DNA from: a virus
Taxonomy: Duplodnaviria; Caudoviricetes
Virus record (IMG/VR): IMGVR_UViG_3300033066_002365
Coordinates: 2,543-66,542 of that record
Length of the DNA stretch: 64,000 nucleotides
Strand: one strand, 5' to 3'
Shown here piece by piece: positions 8,948 through 17,814 of the stretch. Position 1 is the stretch's first letter. Each line of letters starts with the position of its first letter. The translations under genes and the position numbers were made by a program. The notes under the pieces are model-generated. The model saw only the letters and a program-made list of their open reading frames with translations. It was not told the origin of the DNA and searched no databases.

Positions 8948-10375
8948 TTATAGAATTGAAGCGGCAAGTGAGGCAAGTTCTGATCTTTCACCTTTTATCA
9001 AAGTTACGTGACCAGAAAGTTTTGTGGTTTTAAATCTTTCAACTGCAACAGTTAATCCGTTTGAGGTGCTGTCTACAGAAAGATTGTCAATCTGTTCAAT
9101 GTCTCCGGTTAGAACAATTTTTGTTCCTTCACCAACTCTGGTAATAATTGTCTTAAGTTCTGCGGCGGACAAGTTTTGTGCTTCATCAATAATCATAAAA
9201 GCATTTGCAATGCTTCTGCCACGAATGTATGTTAAAGCTTCAACTTCAATTGTTCCACGTTCAAATAGAATGTCAAGAGTTGACTCGCCAGCTTTTGTTT
9301 TTTTACCGTCAGATAAAAGAAAACGAAGATTGTCTTTTATCGGAGCTAACCATGGTTCCATTTTTTCTGAAATAGTTCCTGGCAAAAAACCGATATCTGC
9401 ACCCATTGGTTGAACTGGTCTTGAAACCACCAAACTGTTATATGTTGCTTGTTTGGAGCCCAGTGAAGTCTGTTCCAATCCGGCAGCAATTGCAAGTAAA
9501 GTTTTACCAGTTCCGGCCATTCCAACCAAAGAAACAAGTTTTACTTTTGGATCCAACAAAAGATCTAGAGCAAATTTTTGTTCTTGGTTTTTGGCTGTCA
9601 GCTTTCCAACTCCAGCAGGTTTTCCAACAACTTTCAAAGGAAGTTCATCTGAGAGATATCTTAAGAGAATACTTTGACTTTCTCCACTTTTTACAGTTAA
9701 AAACATGTTTGGATACCAGTTGAACTCTTTTTGTTCATCTGTCAAATAAGTTAAAAACAAATCTCTCGTCATACCACCAGCATAAGCAAGAGCAAAGTTG
9801 AAGTTTGGAATTTCACAAAATGACTCAACTCCCGTGTAAATTGTTGAAGAATCTCTTGTGACTTGCATCTTTTTATATGTTTCACAACATATTCCAAGTG
9901 CTTTTGCCTTAACCATTAACAAAGTGTCTCTTGTTACAAGAATAACGTTGTCTTTGTGTGTGGTGTGTTTGTGCTGCACACCTCTACAAAATCTCAAAAT
10001 TTGATTGTCACCGGACTTAAGTTCCAACTCTGCTGAAATTGCAGGAACAACTGTTGATGTTGAAACATCTTCAATTGAATAAAGAAATAACTTTCCACCA
10101 CCAGGAGTGTCAATCCCAGATTTGGTAAGCTTTTCTTCTTGTGAAAGAAGGTCTCTTAATTTTCTTGCAACTTCTCTTGCTTCACGTCCAACGTCATCTT
10201 GCCGGTCCTTGTGTCTGTCAAGTTCTTCCAAAACAATTAATGGAATTAAGACATCGTGTTCTTCAAATGAAAACATTGCATTTGAATCACAAAGAAGGAC
10301 GTTCGTGTCAAGAACATAGAATTTTTTTTCTTTTTTTTGCTTCATGTCTATTTTACTAACTGTGAGGGTAGTCAA
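8948..10375 (-). CDS. phoH: PIN-domain PhoH family ATPase
   Basis: FYVLDTNVLL (PIN), ELDRHK, DNQIL, ILVTRD, GMAGTGKT (Walker A), IIDEAQN, KIVLTGD.EQID. Likely ATG start near 10345. Confidence 0.93.
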   Translation of the reverse strand: MTTLTVSKIDMKQKKEKKFYVLDTNVLLCDSNAMFSFEEHDVLIPLIVLEELDRHKDRQDDVGREAREVARKLRDLLSQEEKLTKSGIDTPGGGKLFLYSIEDVSTSTVVPAISAELELKSGDNQILRFCRGVQHKHTTHKDNVILVTRDTLLMVKAKALGICCETYKKMQVTRDSSTIYTGVESFCEIPNFNFALAYAGGMTRDLFLTYLTDEQKEFNWYPNMFLTVKSGESQSILLRYLSDELPLKVVGKPAGVGKLTAKNQEQKFALDLLLDPKVKLVSLVGMAGTGKTLLAIAAGLEQTSLGSKQATYNSLVVSRPVQPMGADIGFLPGTISEKMEPWLAPIKDNLRFLLSDGKKTKAGESTLDILFERGTIEVEALTYIRGRSIANAFMIIDEAQNLSAAELKTIITRVGEGTKIVLTGDIEQIDNLSVDSTSNGLTVAVERFKTTKLSGHVTLIKGERSELASLAASIL

Positions 10376-10397
10376 ACTAGATTATGTTGGCTAAACG

Positions 10398-10433
10398 AAG
10401 AAAGGGCAAGATGAATTCATCTTGCCCTTTCTT
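10398..10433. terminator. Perfect 36-bp palindrome, likely intrinsic terminator of the Hc1-like gene
   Basis: AAGAAAGGGCAAGATGAATTCATCTTGCCCTTTCTT equals its own reverse complement and lies 33 nt past the stop at 10467. Confidence 0.75.
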
Positions 10434-10466
10434 TTTGTAGTTCTTGTTAACTAGCAGTCAAAAAAA

Positions 10467-10733
10467 TCAAGCAGTTGGCGCCGTAGCTACTACAGCTTTT
10501 GCTGGACGAGTTGAAGCTCTTGTTGCTTTTGTTGCCTTGTCTGCCGCCTTTGAAGCAGCAACTAAAAGCTTGCAAAGTTTAACAACGTCACGAGCTCCGT
10601 GACGTACTCTCACACCTGCGGAGCAATTGTGCTTTTCAGATGTCTTTGAAACATCTTTTTCAAGTTCATCAACTGTTTTCTTTGTTTGTTCCCAAAGTTC
10701 TTTAACTGTTAGTGTTGATTGTTCTGTTGTCAT
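10467..10733 (-). CDS. Histone H1-like protein, Hc1 family
   Basis: VDELEKDVSKTSEKHNCSAGVRVRHGARDV matches the Hc1 pattern (D..K...GNK.AG.R.R); Ala/Lys/Thr-rich tail. Confidence 0.7.
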   Translation of the reverse strand: MTTEQSTLTVKELWEQTKKTVDELEKDVSKTSEKHNCSAGVRVRHGARDVVKLCKLLVAASKAADKATKATRASTRPAKAVVATAPTA

Positions 10734-10830
10734 TGTTATTTTCCTATTTCTTTTCTTGTTAAAAGGGAATTTATCTGAAGTGTCCCTTGATTGTTAATTA
10801 TGGCTCAAGGAACAAGTTTGTATAACAAAA

Positions 10831-11304
10831 TCAATGTCTGGTGATAGATTCCCAAACAATTTTACCAAAGCTTCCAACCAAAGAAGCTAACAATAACCAG
10901 AAAAGTTTATCAAAGTTTTTTCTAAACTTGAGCAAAGAATTTAAATCTTCAAGAGATTTACCGCCAGAAATTTCTTCTAGTTTTTTGATTGAATCTAAAT
11001 TTTTGGAAACAGTTTTAATATCTTCTTCTATTTTTTGAAGATTTTCATTTATTTGTTTGTTTTCTTCCAAATCTTCTTGTATGTGTTCTTTTAAATCTTT
11101 ATCAAACTGTTCTGTAGATAAAGAAATTCTATGCATTTTTGCATATGTTCCTGTTTCTGGATCATATAATCTATCAATTTTTTCTTTGATTTCTTTAACG
11201 TCAGCGGTTAATCTTGTAAAACCACCATTCATTGCTGGAGACTCTTTGAGCCTTTGATTAATATCTTCCAGTAGTTTTATTGAGTTGTCATTACTATTAG
11301 GCAT
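10831..11304 (-). CDS. Coiled-coil protein with a C-terminal transmembrane segment (possible holin-like membrane protein)
   Basis: Heptad-like charged body followed by LFWLLLASLVGSFGKIVW. Confidence 0.45.
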   Translation of the reverse strand: MPNSNDNSIKLLEDINQRLKESPAMNGGFTRLTADVKEIKEKIDRLYDPETGTYAKMHRISLSTEQFDKDLKEHIQEDLEENKQINENLQKIEEDIKTVSKNLDSIKKLEEISGGKSLEDLNSLLKFRKNFDKLFWLLLASLVGSFGKIVWESITRH

Positions 11305-11333
11305 TTGCTATTATGTAGCTTAAATATTAATTT

Positions 11334-12707
11334 GTGAAGAACTGCTCAGAAACAGAAATTTTTTCAAATGAAAGAATCTATAAAAATGATTTAAATGACC
11401 TGTTGTCACATATAAAAAAAGTTGTGGTAGATAACTTTTTTTTTAACAGTGCTTGGTCAAATCAATTTGGCTATTATGAAAAGAGTTCTTTTCATTTTCT
11501 ATTTGATTTTTTCAAACAAGAAATAGAAAATGAAAAGAACCAGAACAAAAAAACACTTCTGTTATTAATTTTTGAAATGATTAAAAAAGCTGATTTTGAA
11601 AGTTGTGGTTCAGGATTTTTATCTCTTGTTCTATTGTGTAATTTATTTGAAAATGAAAACAAACAAGAATTTTTGAAACTTCAAAACCAAATAATTTCTC
11701 TTTCAAAACCATTTTCTCTTATAGAACTTGAACTTTTGATTAATGAAATATGTGGAAATACGTCAAACAATCTTAAAGAAACCCTTCTTAAGACTTTTGA
11801 AGTTTCTGGGATTGATGGAATCATACAAGTTGAAAGTCACAATAGTTTGAGTGAGAAAAACTTTTACTCAATTGAAAAAATGCCAAGTGGTTGTAGATTC
11901 AAGTTGAATATACCGGAATTCTTTCTTTCTGGCAAAACAAAACTTTGGAAGAAAAACGAAGTCAAAATTTTACTTGTTGATGGTCGTCTTGAAAAGGTTT
12001 CAGAACTTGACAATCTTCTTTCTTTGTGCAATCAACAGAAAAGATCTATGGTGATAGTTTCAGCAGGATTTTCAGAAGAAATTATTGGAACTTTAAAAGT
12101 TAATTTTGATAGTGGAAAACTTGATGTAATTCCAATGACAATAAATCCAAATCTTGATGGTTTAAATGTTTTAAATGACATCGCGGCAGCATCAAACGGA
12201 GACGTGGTAAACTCTCTTAAAGGAGAAATGCTTGTTTTTAAAAAATTTGATCAAATACAAGAAGTTGATTTTGTTTCAGTTTCAAATGATGGTTGGTTGG
12301 TAATATCAGACAAAAAAGCAAAAGAATCAATTAGATTAAAGATAAATGAACTTACAGAAAAAAGATCTAAATCAACTGAAGTACAAGATTTGACCAATCT
12401 TTATAACAAAAGAATACAATCACTCATTAGCAATTTAATCATAATTAAATTTCCGTCAAATTTATCAAAACAACAACTTCTTTCAGAGAAAGTTAAAACT
12501 GATTTGGTTTTAAGAAGTTTGAAAAATTTTACTAGATATGGTTTTTTAAAACAGAGCGAATTTTTAACTCTTTTTGGAATAAACACAGCAGAGAAAAATA
12601 AAATTGTTTCTACTTTCTCTGCTGTTATCTCAGTTAAAAATGTTTTGAGTTTAATTGATCAGTTGAAAAGTGTTGGTGGGATGGTTCTGGTTTCTGAAGA
12701 AACTTAA
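11334..12707 (+). CDS. Divergent GroEL/Cpn60 paralog lacking the ATP-binding motifs
   Basis: Colinear with the GroEL at 28499-30178: LSKP, SGIDGIIQVE, KILLVDG, SMVIVS, LNDIAAASNGDV, KRIQSL...IIIK. AGDGTTT is replaced by SCGSGFL. Confidence 0.8.
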   Translation: MKNCSETEIFSNERIYKNDLNDLLSHIKKVVVDNFFFNSAWSNQFGYYEKSSFHFLFDFFKQEIENEKNQNKKTLLLLIFEMIKKADFESCGSGFLSLVLLCNLFENENKQEFLKLQNQIISLSKPFSLIELELLINEICGNTSNNLKETLLKTFEVSGIDGIIQVESHNSLSEKNFYSIEKMPSGCRFKLNIPEFFLSGKTKLWKKNEVKILLVDGRLEKVSELDNLLSLCNQQKRSMVIVSAGFSEEIIGTLKVNFDSGKLDVIPMTINPNLDGLNVLNDIAAASNGDVVNSLKGEMLVFKKFDQIQEVDFVSVSNDGWLVISDKKAKESIRLKINELTEKRSKSTEVQDLTNLYNKRIQSLISNLIIIKFPSNLSKQQLLSEKVKTDLVLRSLKNFTRYGFLKQSEFLTLFGINTAEKNKIVSTFSAVISVKNVLSLIDQLKSVGGMVLVSEET

Positions 12708-14368
12708 CCGTGACTTCCCATTAATTGTTTGAAGGCTTCTTCTGCACTAAGCTCTTGTGGGCTTGATGGTGTACTGGCGGCTGCTGCTGATGGTGTCTGT
12801 GTTTCTGCTGGAGTTGCTGCTGGCGCAACGGCTGCTGGTTCATCTGTTGGTGGTGTTTGGGCCTTTGCTGGTCTGCCTCTTTTTTTGCTAACTGCTGGTG
12901 TTTGAGATTCTGGTGCAGCAGGTGATTCTGTTGTTGGAGGAGTTGTTGGTTGTGTTGTTGGAGGGGTGGTGATGGTTTGAGATTCTGATGGAGCAGTTGA
13001 AGAACCATCCATTTTTTCTGCCCATTTTTGCAACACATTCCAAATATTTCCACCTTTTCCTGACATTCTAACAAATTTGCCAAGCATGTCATCTGGAATT
13101 GTTGTTCCATCGGGCAATTTTATTTCACTTGCAGCCATTAAAGGATTGTCTGGATATTTTGTCTTTAGTTCTGCTACTTGTTTTTGAGTAGCTCCAGGAG
13201 TTGTATTTGCTGGTTGTCCATTCTCAGAATTGCCCAACAATCCATTGTCCTTTAAAGCTTCTGCACTTTGTTTTTCAACTTGCGCAGGAGGTGGTAAGCC
13301 AGCTCCTTCTTTTGACAAAGATTGTAGTTGTTGAAATGTGAATGTGGCCAAATCTCTTGCAAATGAATCAACATTTATAACTGAAGAAATATTTGGTTTT
13401 GTGCCACCTGTCAAATATCTCATTATATTTGACCAGTGAGTAGGTTGTAATCTAGCAGCAAAAAGTTTTTCAACTTTAATTGAATCAACGTTTCCAAGAA
13501 CAGCGTTTATTGGTTGATCTGGTCTTTGTTTTGCATTTTCAAGTTCTGCCATGTCTATAATGACTGGAAGATCTTGAACAAAAAACTCAAACATTGCATC
13601 GTATAACACGTTTGCTCTTGTTATTGTCTTTTGAGCTTCCATGTTGCCGCCAGACAAAATTCCTTTGTTGGAAACCACATTAGTAAGATTTGCTCTTAGT
13701 TCTTTGATGGCCTGTGAAAGAGTACCGAGATTTTTGTACTTGTTTGCTACACCTTGTAGTTTTTCAATTGCTGCTTGAATTTCTCTTAAAGTGTTTGCAT
13801 CAACTTTTAATTCATTTAAAAATTTATAGCTTTCCGACAAAGAAACTGGATGTTTTACATTCTTTCCAAGCAAGAAAATCTTTGCTGCAACTTCTGGTGT
13901 CATCAATTTTTCAACTTCTTCTTGAAGTTCAGTGCTCCAGATCAACGGTTCTACAACTTCAAACAAAAAAGAATTATCATTTTTTGACTTGTTTTCTTTT
14001 ACAAGAAAAACATCTCTATTCATAACTTTGCGAGCTTGTCTTACAAGCATTGAATAGATGCCAATTCCGTTCATCAACTTTTCTTTAAGAATCAAAGCAT
14101 CTTGCTGGTCGGAAGTTTTAATAGACTCTGAAATGATTTCATTCCAGGCAGTTTCAGCTATTTTGGAAAATTTGTAAAACTTGTTTTCCTTTACAACTTT
14201 ATCAAGATTTTCTAATGATTTTATCAGTTGTTCTTTTTTGAAATCGTCAGCTTCAATCTCTTCAAAAGCGATAAATCTTTTGTTAAAATTTGCTTCTGTT
14301 AAAGCTTGTTGGTTGTTTTTGTGTTCGTTTAACTCTTGTTGCTTCTGCCACAGTTGTTTTAGCGTCAT
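12704..14368 (-). CDS. Hypothetical helical protein with Pro/Thr/Ala-rich disordered C-terminus (possible head-internal protein)
   Basis: 554-aa ORF; L-x-E motifs (QELNE, SLSES, FLNE); TTPPTTQPTTPPTT tail. Confidence 0.6.
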   Translation of the reverse strand: MTLKQLWQKQQELNEHKNNQQALTEANFNKRFIAFEEIEADDFKKEQLIKSLENLDKVVKENKFYKFSKIAETAWNEIISESIKTSDQQDALILKEKLMNGIGIYSMLVRQARKVMNRDVFLVKENKSKNDNSFLFEVVEPLIWSTELQEEVEKLMTPEVAAKIFLLGKNVKHPVSLSESYKFLNELKVDANTLREIQAAIEKLQGVANKYKNLGTLSQAIKELRANLTNVVSNKGILSGGNMEAQKTITRANVLYDAMFEFFVQDLPVIIDMAELENAKQRPDQPINAVLGNVDSIKVEKLFAARLQPTHWSNIMRYLTGGTKPNISSVINVDSFARDLATFTFQQLQSLSKEGAGLPPPAQVEKQSAEALKDNGLLGNSENGQPANTTPGATQKQVAELKTKYPDNPLMAASEIKLPDGTTIPDDMLGKFVRMSGKGGNIWNVLQKWAEKMDGSSTAPSESQTITTPPTTQPTTPPTTESPAAPESQTPAVSKKRGRPAKAQTPPTDEPAAVAPAATPAETQTPSAAAASTPSSPQELSAEEAFKQLMGSHG

Positions 14369-14398
14369 GATATGTTTTTCCTAAAATCAATTCTAAGT

Positions 14399-15067
14399 AT
14401 GCAATTCAAGACAGGTAGAACAATCCCGGCCAAAGAATCTGAGACACAATCTCAAACCAACCAGGATAATGTGCAGTTTAGTGTAAAGGGTGAGCATGTA
14501 ACATCTAGTGTTGATGAAGAGATCGCCCGTCAGAAAAAAGATAAGTTTTATCTCCCTGTCTTGAGAATAAATAGTCCTGACGAATGGCCGAGTCAACCAA
14601 AAGAAAAAAGAATTAAATTTACGGATGAGGTAGGAACTAAAACTTGTCTTGGTAACTGTTGCGGTATAGATGGTTTAAAAGCCGGTTGTTGTAAAATTGA
14701 TCCTGACGATTTAGAGCACGTTCTTGGGCCAGTAGATGAAGAGTGGATAAAAGAAACTTTAAAGTGGTTTAAAACGAAAAACATGCCTCTAAAACGTGAA
14801 GACCTCGTGATAGATTTTGAAGAAGGCATACTAATTGGAGAAAGGCTGTTCAACAGCCATCCAGTTTTTAAATCTCCAACAACTTATCCCATTCTTAGAA
14901 TGCAAGTAAATGGTCCACGTTATTCTTGTAAATTCTTGTCACCAGAGACAGGTTTTTGTACAATTTATCCAATACGTCCAAAAATGTGTAGAGAATATTA
15001 CTGTGAGTATGTGAAAGCCAATTTTTTGGTTAAAACAACACAGCATCGTTATGAAAAAATGAGATAA
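14399..15067 (+). CDS. YkgJ-family cysteine-cluster (Zn/Fe-S) protein
   Basis: CLGNCC...AGCC and CKFL...GFCTIYPIRPKMCREYYC. Second Met (14399) chosen as start. Confidence 0.8.
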   Translation: MQFKTGRTIPAKESETQSQTNQDNVQFSVKGEHVTSSVDEEIARQKKDKFYLPVLRINSPDEWPSQPKEKRIKFTDEVGTKTCLGNCCGIDGLKAGCCKIDPDDLEHVLGPVDEEWIKETLKWFKTKNMPLKREDLVIDFEEGILIGERLFNSHPVFKSPTTYPILRMQVNGPRYSCKFLSPETGFCTIYPIRPKMCREYYCEYVKANFLVKTTQHRYEKMR

Positions 15068-15075
15068 TAAACAAT

Positions 15076-15624
15076 ATGAGTAAGCGTCAAAAACAAACAA
15101 CAGATTTATCGGCACCCTCAGAGAAAGCACCTGAAGCAGAAAAGGTGACAATGTGGATTGATCCTGAAGGCAGAAAGGTTAATGAAGAAAGTCTTGCTTC
15201 TTTAATTAAAGACTACAGACAAAAAGATCCTTTTGCAACGGTGGAACTCATTGTCGGAACTGACTCTCAGATGAACAAGCGTTCGTTTAAGTTCATTACT
15301 GTTGTTTGTTTGTTGAGAAAAGGCAAGGGTGGTTATTATTGGTACAAGCTTGATCACCACAACAGGCTAACATACAAAGGAAATCAAAAACTAAGAATGT
15401 TTCAAGAGGTTGACAAATCAATTGAAGTGGCTTCTTGGTTAACATCAGTTTCTACCTTGACTCCTTCAATTCACATTGATGCTTCTCCAAAAGAAAAAGC
15501 TGAATTCACTTCTGCCTTCTCAGATGAGTTGAAGGGTTATGTAACCGCAAGTGGTTTTGAGTGCATGTTAAAACCAGAAGCTTTCGTAGCTTCTGTGGTT
15601 GCAGATAAACATTCAAGAAAATAG
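15076..15624 (+). CDS. RNase H-like YkuK family protein
   Basis: IVGTDSQ, RMFQEV.KS, IHIDA, and KPEAFVAS.VADKH match the YkuK pattern. Confidence 0.8.
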   Translation: MSKRQKQTTDLSAPSEKAPEAEKVTMWIDPEGRKVNEESLASLIKDYRQKDPFATVELIVGTDSQMNKRSFKFITVVCLLRKGKGGYYWYKLDHHNRLTYKGNQKLRMFQEVDKSIEVASWLTSVSTLTPSIHIDASPKEKAEFTSAFSDELKGYVTASGFECMLKPEAFVASVVADKHSRK

Positions 15625-15642
15625 AGTTTAAAATAAACGCAT

Positions 15643-15918
15643 ATGTCCCTAGAACAAAAAAAGCAAAAACTAGAAACCGTCATTGAACAAAAAACTCACA
15701 AGCTTGTAAACCATATAGCTGAACATGTGTATGATTTTGTACACTTGTACACTCGCAGACAGCAAATGCTTCAATCTCCCGAAGAACAAGCTGCAATGGA
15801 GCAAGTTCTCGGAGTTGTAAAGCTTGCAATCTCTGACGGATTTATGACCAAGGTTGATCTTTATCAAAAAGACATCTCTGCAAGTCTTGAAGATTTTTTA
15901 ACACAGCCTGCAAAGTAA
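15643..15918 (+). CDS. Hypothetical protein
   Basis: 91-aa ORF in an operon-like arrangement. Confidence 0.65.
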   Translation: MSLEQKKQKLETVIEQKTHKLVNHIAEHVYDFVHLYTRRQQMLQSPEEQAAMEQVLGVVKLAISDGFMTKVDLYQKDISASLEDFLTQPAK

Positions 15919-15921
15919 ATG

Positions 15922-15980
15922 GTTGGTTTTATTCTGAACAACCAAAATCTGTCACTGTCAAGAATAAAGCCAACTTTTCT
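15922..15980 (+). terminator. Stem-loop with long loop and T-run
   Basis: GTTGGTTTTATTCT (15922-15935) pairs with AGAATAAAGCCAAC (15961-15974), followed by TTTTCT, directly after the stop at 15918. Confidence 0.5.
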
Positions 15981-16032
15981 ATTCAATTTATCTCAACAAT
16001 AAAAAAAATCATAATGTGTTTTATAATTCTTG

Positions 16033-16061
16033 TTCCATTGCTTAAAAACTAATGGTATAAT
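16033..16061 (+). promoter_or_regulatory. Sigma70-like promoter (extended -10)
   Basis: TTCCAT-N17-TATAAT with TG one base upstream of the -10; ATG at 16066 follows closely, suggesting a possibly leaderless mRNA. Confidence 0.45.
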
Positions 16062-16065
16062 AGTA

Positions 16066-16533
16066 ATGAAAAAAACCTATGTAAAACACATCGTTGAATG
16101 CAACTGTGTCCTTCCTCAGTTTCAAAACCGACATCCAGTAATCTTCCATAAATTTGTAGTGTTTTCTGTGATAGAAGAAGATAAATTTCTTCCATCGTTT
16201 GCTCAGTGCAATAACTGCTCTGGTGTTCATCATGTCACCGAAGTAAACGAGTCAAGACTTGTGGCAAAAGAAAATACAAGAAACTTGCCAGATGAAGAAG
16301 AAATTAAAGCTTCTTTGCCAACACGTTTGGTTGGGTTAATTGAAAAATACAAACCAGAGCTTCCAACTCTTCAAGAGATTGCTTTTATTTTCCAAGAAGA
16401 AATGTGGGGAAGTATAGTTGTTCTGTCTAAAGAAAAAGAAGGAAACACAGTGTTTGGTAAAACACTAATGATCGCTGGTCCAGAACTATTCAAGATTGAT
16501 TCATTCTCAGAAGAAATAGTGACAACAATATGA
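16066..16533 (+). CDS. Hypothetical Cys/His (Zn-binding?) protein
   Basis: HIVECNC and QCNNC..VH motifs; ATG at 16066 preferred over the TTG at 16030. Confidence 0.65.
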   Translation: MKKTYVKHIVECNCVLPQFQNRHPVIFHKFVVFSVIEEDKFLPSFAQCNNCSGVHHVTEVNESRLVAKENTRNLPDEEEIKASLPTRLVGLIEKYKPELPTLQEIAFIFQEEMWGSIVVLSKEKEGNTVFGKTLMIAGPELFKIDSFSEEIVTTI

Positions 16534-16829
16534 CTGAACAACAAGATCTTTCCACAAGTAAAAAACAAGTTGTTTATGATATGGTTCAAGCCATAAAAGA
16601 ATATGGAATCAACCAGAAACAACTATTGTTTCTTATTAAAAACTTAGTGCTGAGAATAGAAAATGTTGAGCTTGCTCAAAAGTTGTCAGAAATTATTTCC
16701 TTAGAAAACAATCAGCCAAAAACAGAAGAACTACCAAAGTCTTCTGAGTTAATTGAAAAGCCAAAGAAAAAATCAATTATAGTTGGAAAAAGCGAAGATA
16801 AAAAGAAATCTTTAATCTTGACAGATTAA
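16530..16829 (+). CDS. Hypothetical protein
   Basis: ATGA-overlap coupling with the upstream gene. Confidence 0.6.
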   Translation: MTEQQDLSTSKKQVVYDMVQAIKEYGINQKQLLFLIKNLVLRIENVELAQKLSEIISLENNQPKTEELPKSSELIEKPKKKSIIVGKSEDKKKSLILTD

Positions 16830-17530
16830 GATACGATCAAGTTAAAGAGAACATTTATGTCGTCGGTTCCATAAAGCTCTTTTGCTTTGTTCTTTGAAAC
16901 TGGCCCCCAAGAACCATCATGATCAACACCAATTTTGGTTTGAATCAAAATAATCTGAGCTCTTTTACAAATACTCTTAAAGTCTTCGCAAGACTTGTCT
17001 GGATTTGCCTGTGTTACTGGACCCTTGTAGCCAGCCAAACACAGTTCGCGAAACCATGTGTCCTTTTCAAGCCAGAAATCAAGACCAGTTTTATGATAAC
17101 GATGTCCGGTGTCTGAAACCTTTGGAACAAATCTCTCCACCCATTCTTTAGAAAATTTTTGTCTTGGTTCAAAGCCTCTATAATAAACAACTGGTTCATC
17201 ACTGCTTGCTACGTGTCCTTCAGCTTGCCACCACCAAGGTTCTTCTCCATTGTGTTCTCTCTTGTAAGAAGTAACATAGTCTTTGGTTATTTTCCAACCA
17301 CCAAAGTTATTTCCTCTCCAAGTTTTACCCCAGCCAGTTTCGGAAATCATGTTTGACAAAATCCAAAGCTTTTGTCTTGGTGTCAATCCAACATTGATGT
17401 TTTTCAAGTCTTCAAGTACAAAACAAATAAACGCACTTGCTTTGTCTTTGTTACTGAGAGATGAAAAAGATTCTGGTTGATCTGGATGTTTTATTTCTTT
17501 TTCTGGATTTAACCATGATGGTATTGTCAT
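16826..17530 (-). CDS. GH73-like (glucosaminidase/FlgJ-type) peptidoglycan hydrolase with C-terminal PG-binding repeat
   Basis: LSNMISETGWGK (catalytic Glu), NNFGGWK, LAGY, and QTKIGVDHDGSWGP (DG..G PG-binding motif). Confidence 0.75.
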   Translation of the reverse strand: MTIPSWLNPEKEIKHPDQPESFSSLSNKDKASAFICFVLEDLKNINVGLTPRQKLWILSNMISETGWGKTWRGNNFGGWKITKDYVTSYKREHNGEEPWWWQAEGHVASSDEPVVYYRGFEPRQKFSKEWVERFVPKVSDTGHRYHKTGLDFWLEKDTWFRELCLAGYKGPVTQANPDKSCEDFKSICKRAQIILIQTKIGVDHDGSWGPVSKNKAKELYGTDDINVLFNLIVS

Positions 17531-17814
17531 ATTTGTTGTGGTCCTCTAACCGCAATTAATCTGTGTGAAATTCCATTTGAATCTCTAAATTCAGCCTCAC
17601 CAGCAACAGAGTGTTCATGTGCTGCGCCCTCGCGGTAAATTCCGCCAGGAATTCTCTTTTCAAGTTTTTGATTTGAAGAACCGTTCGTTGAATCACTGTA
17701 AACTAACCAATGTTCTATCACTTCCTGATAGTAACCATCAGTTCTTAAAAGAAAATTTTTTGTGATTTTTGTTGTAACGTTTATAGACATGTCTGTTATT
17801 GGAAGTATTATCAT
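17527..17814 (-). CDS. Hypothetical protein between the two lysins
   Basis: 95-aa ORF overlapping both neighbours by 4 nt. Confidence 0.6.
   Translation of the reverse strand: MIILPITDMSINVTTKITKNFLLRTDGYYQEVIEHWLVYSDSTNGSSNQKLEKRIPGGIYREGAAHEHSVAGEAEFRDSNGISHRLIAVRGPQQI

Noticed and set aside
12721-13110. Gln-rich alternate-frame ORF in the tail of 12704-14368
   Set aside because: It is the off-frame reading of ACA/CCA/GCA-rich Pro-Thr-Ala codons; there is no independent start signal.
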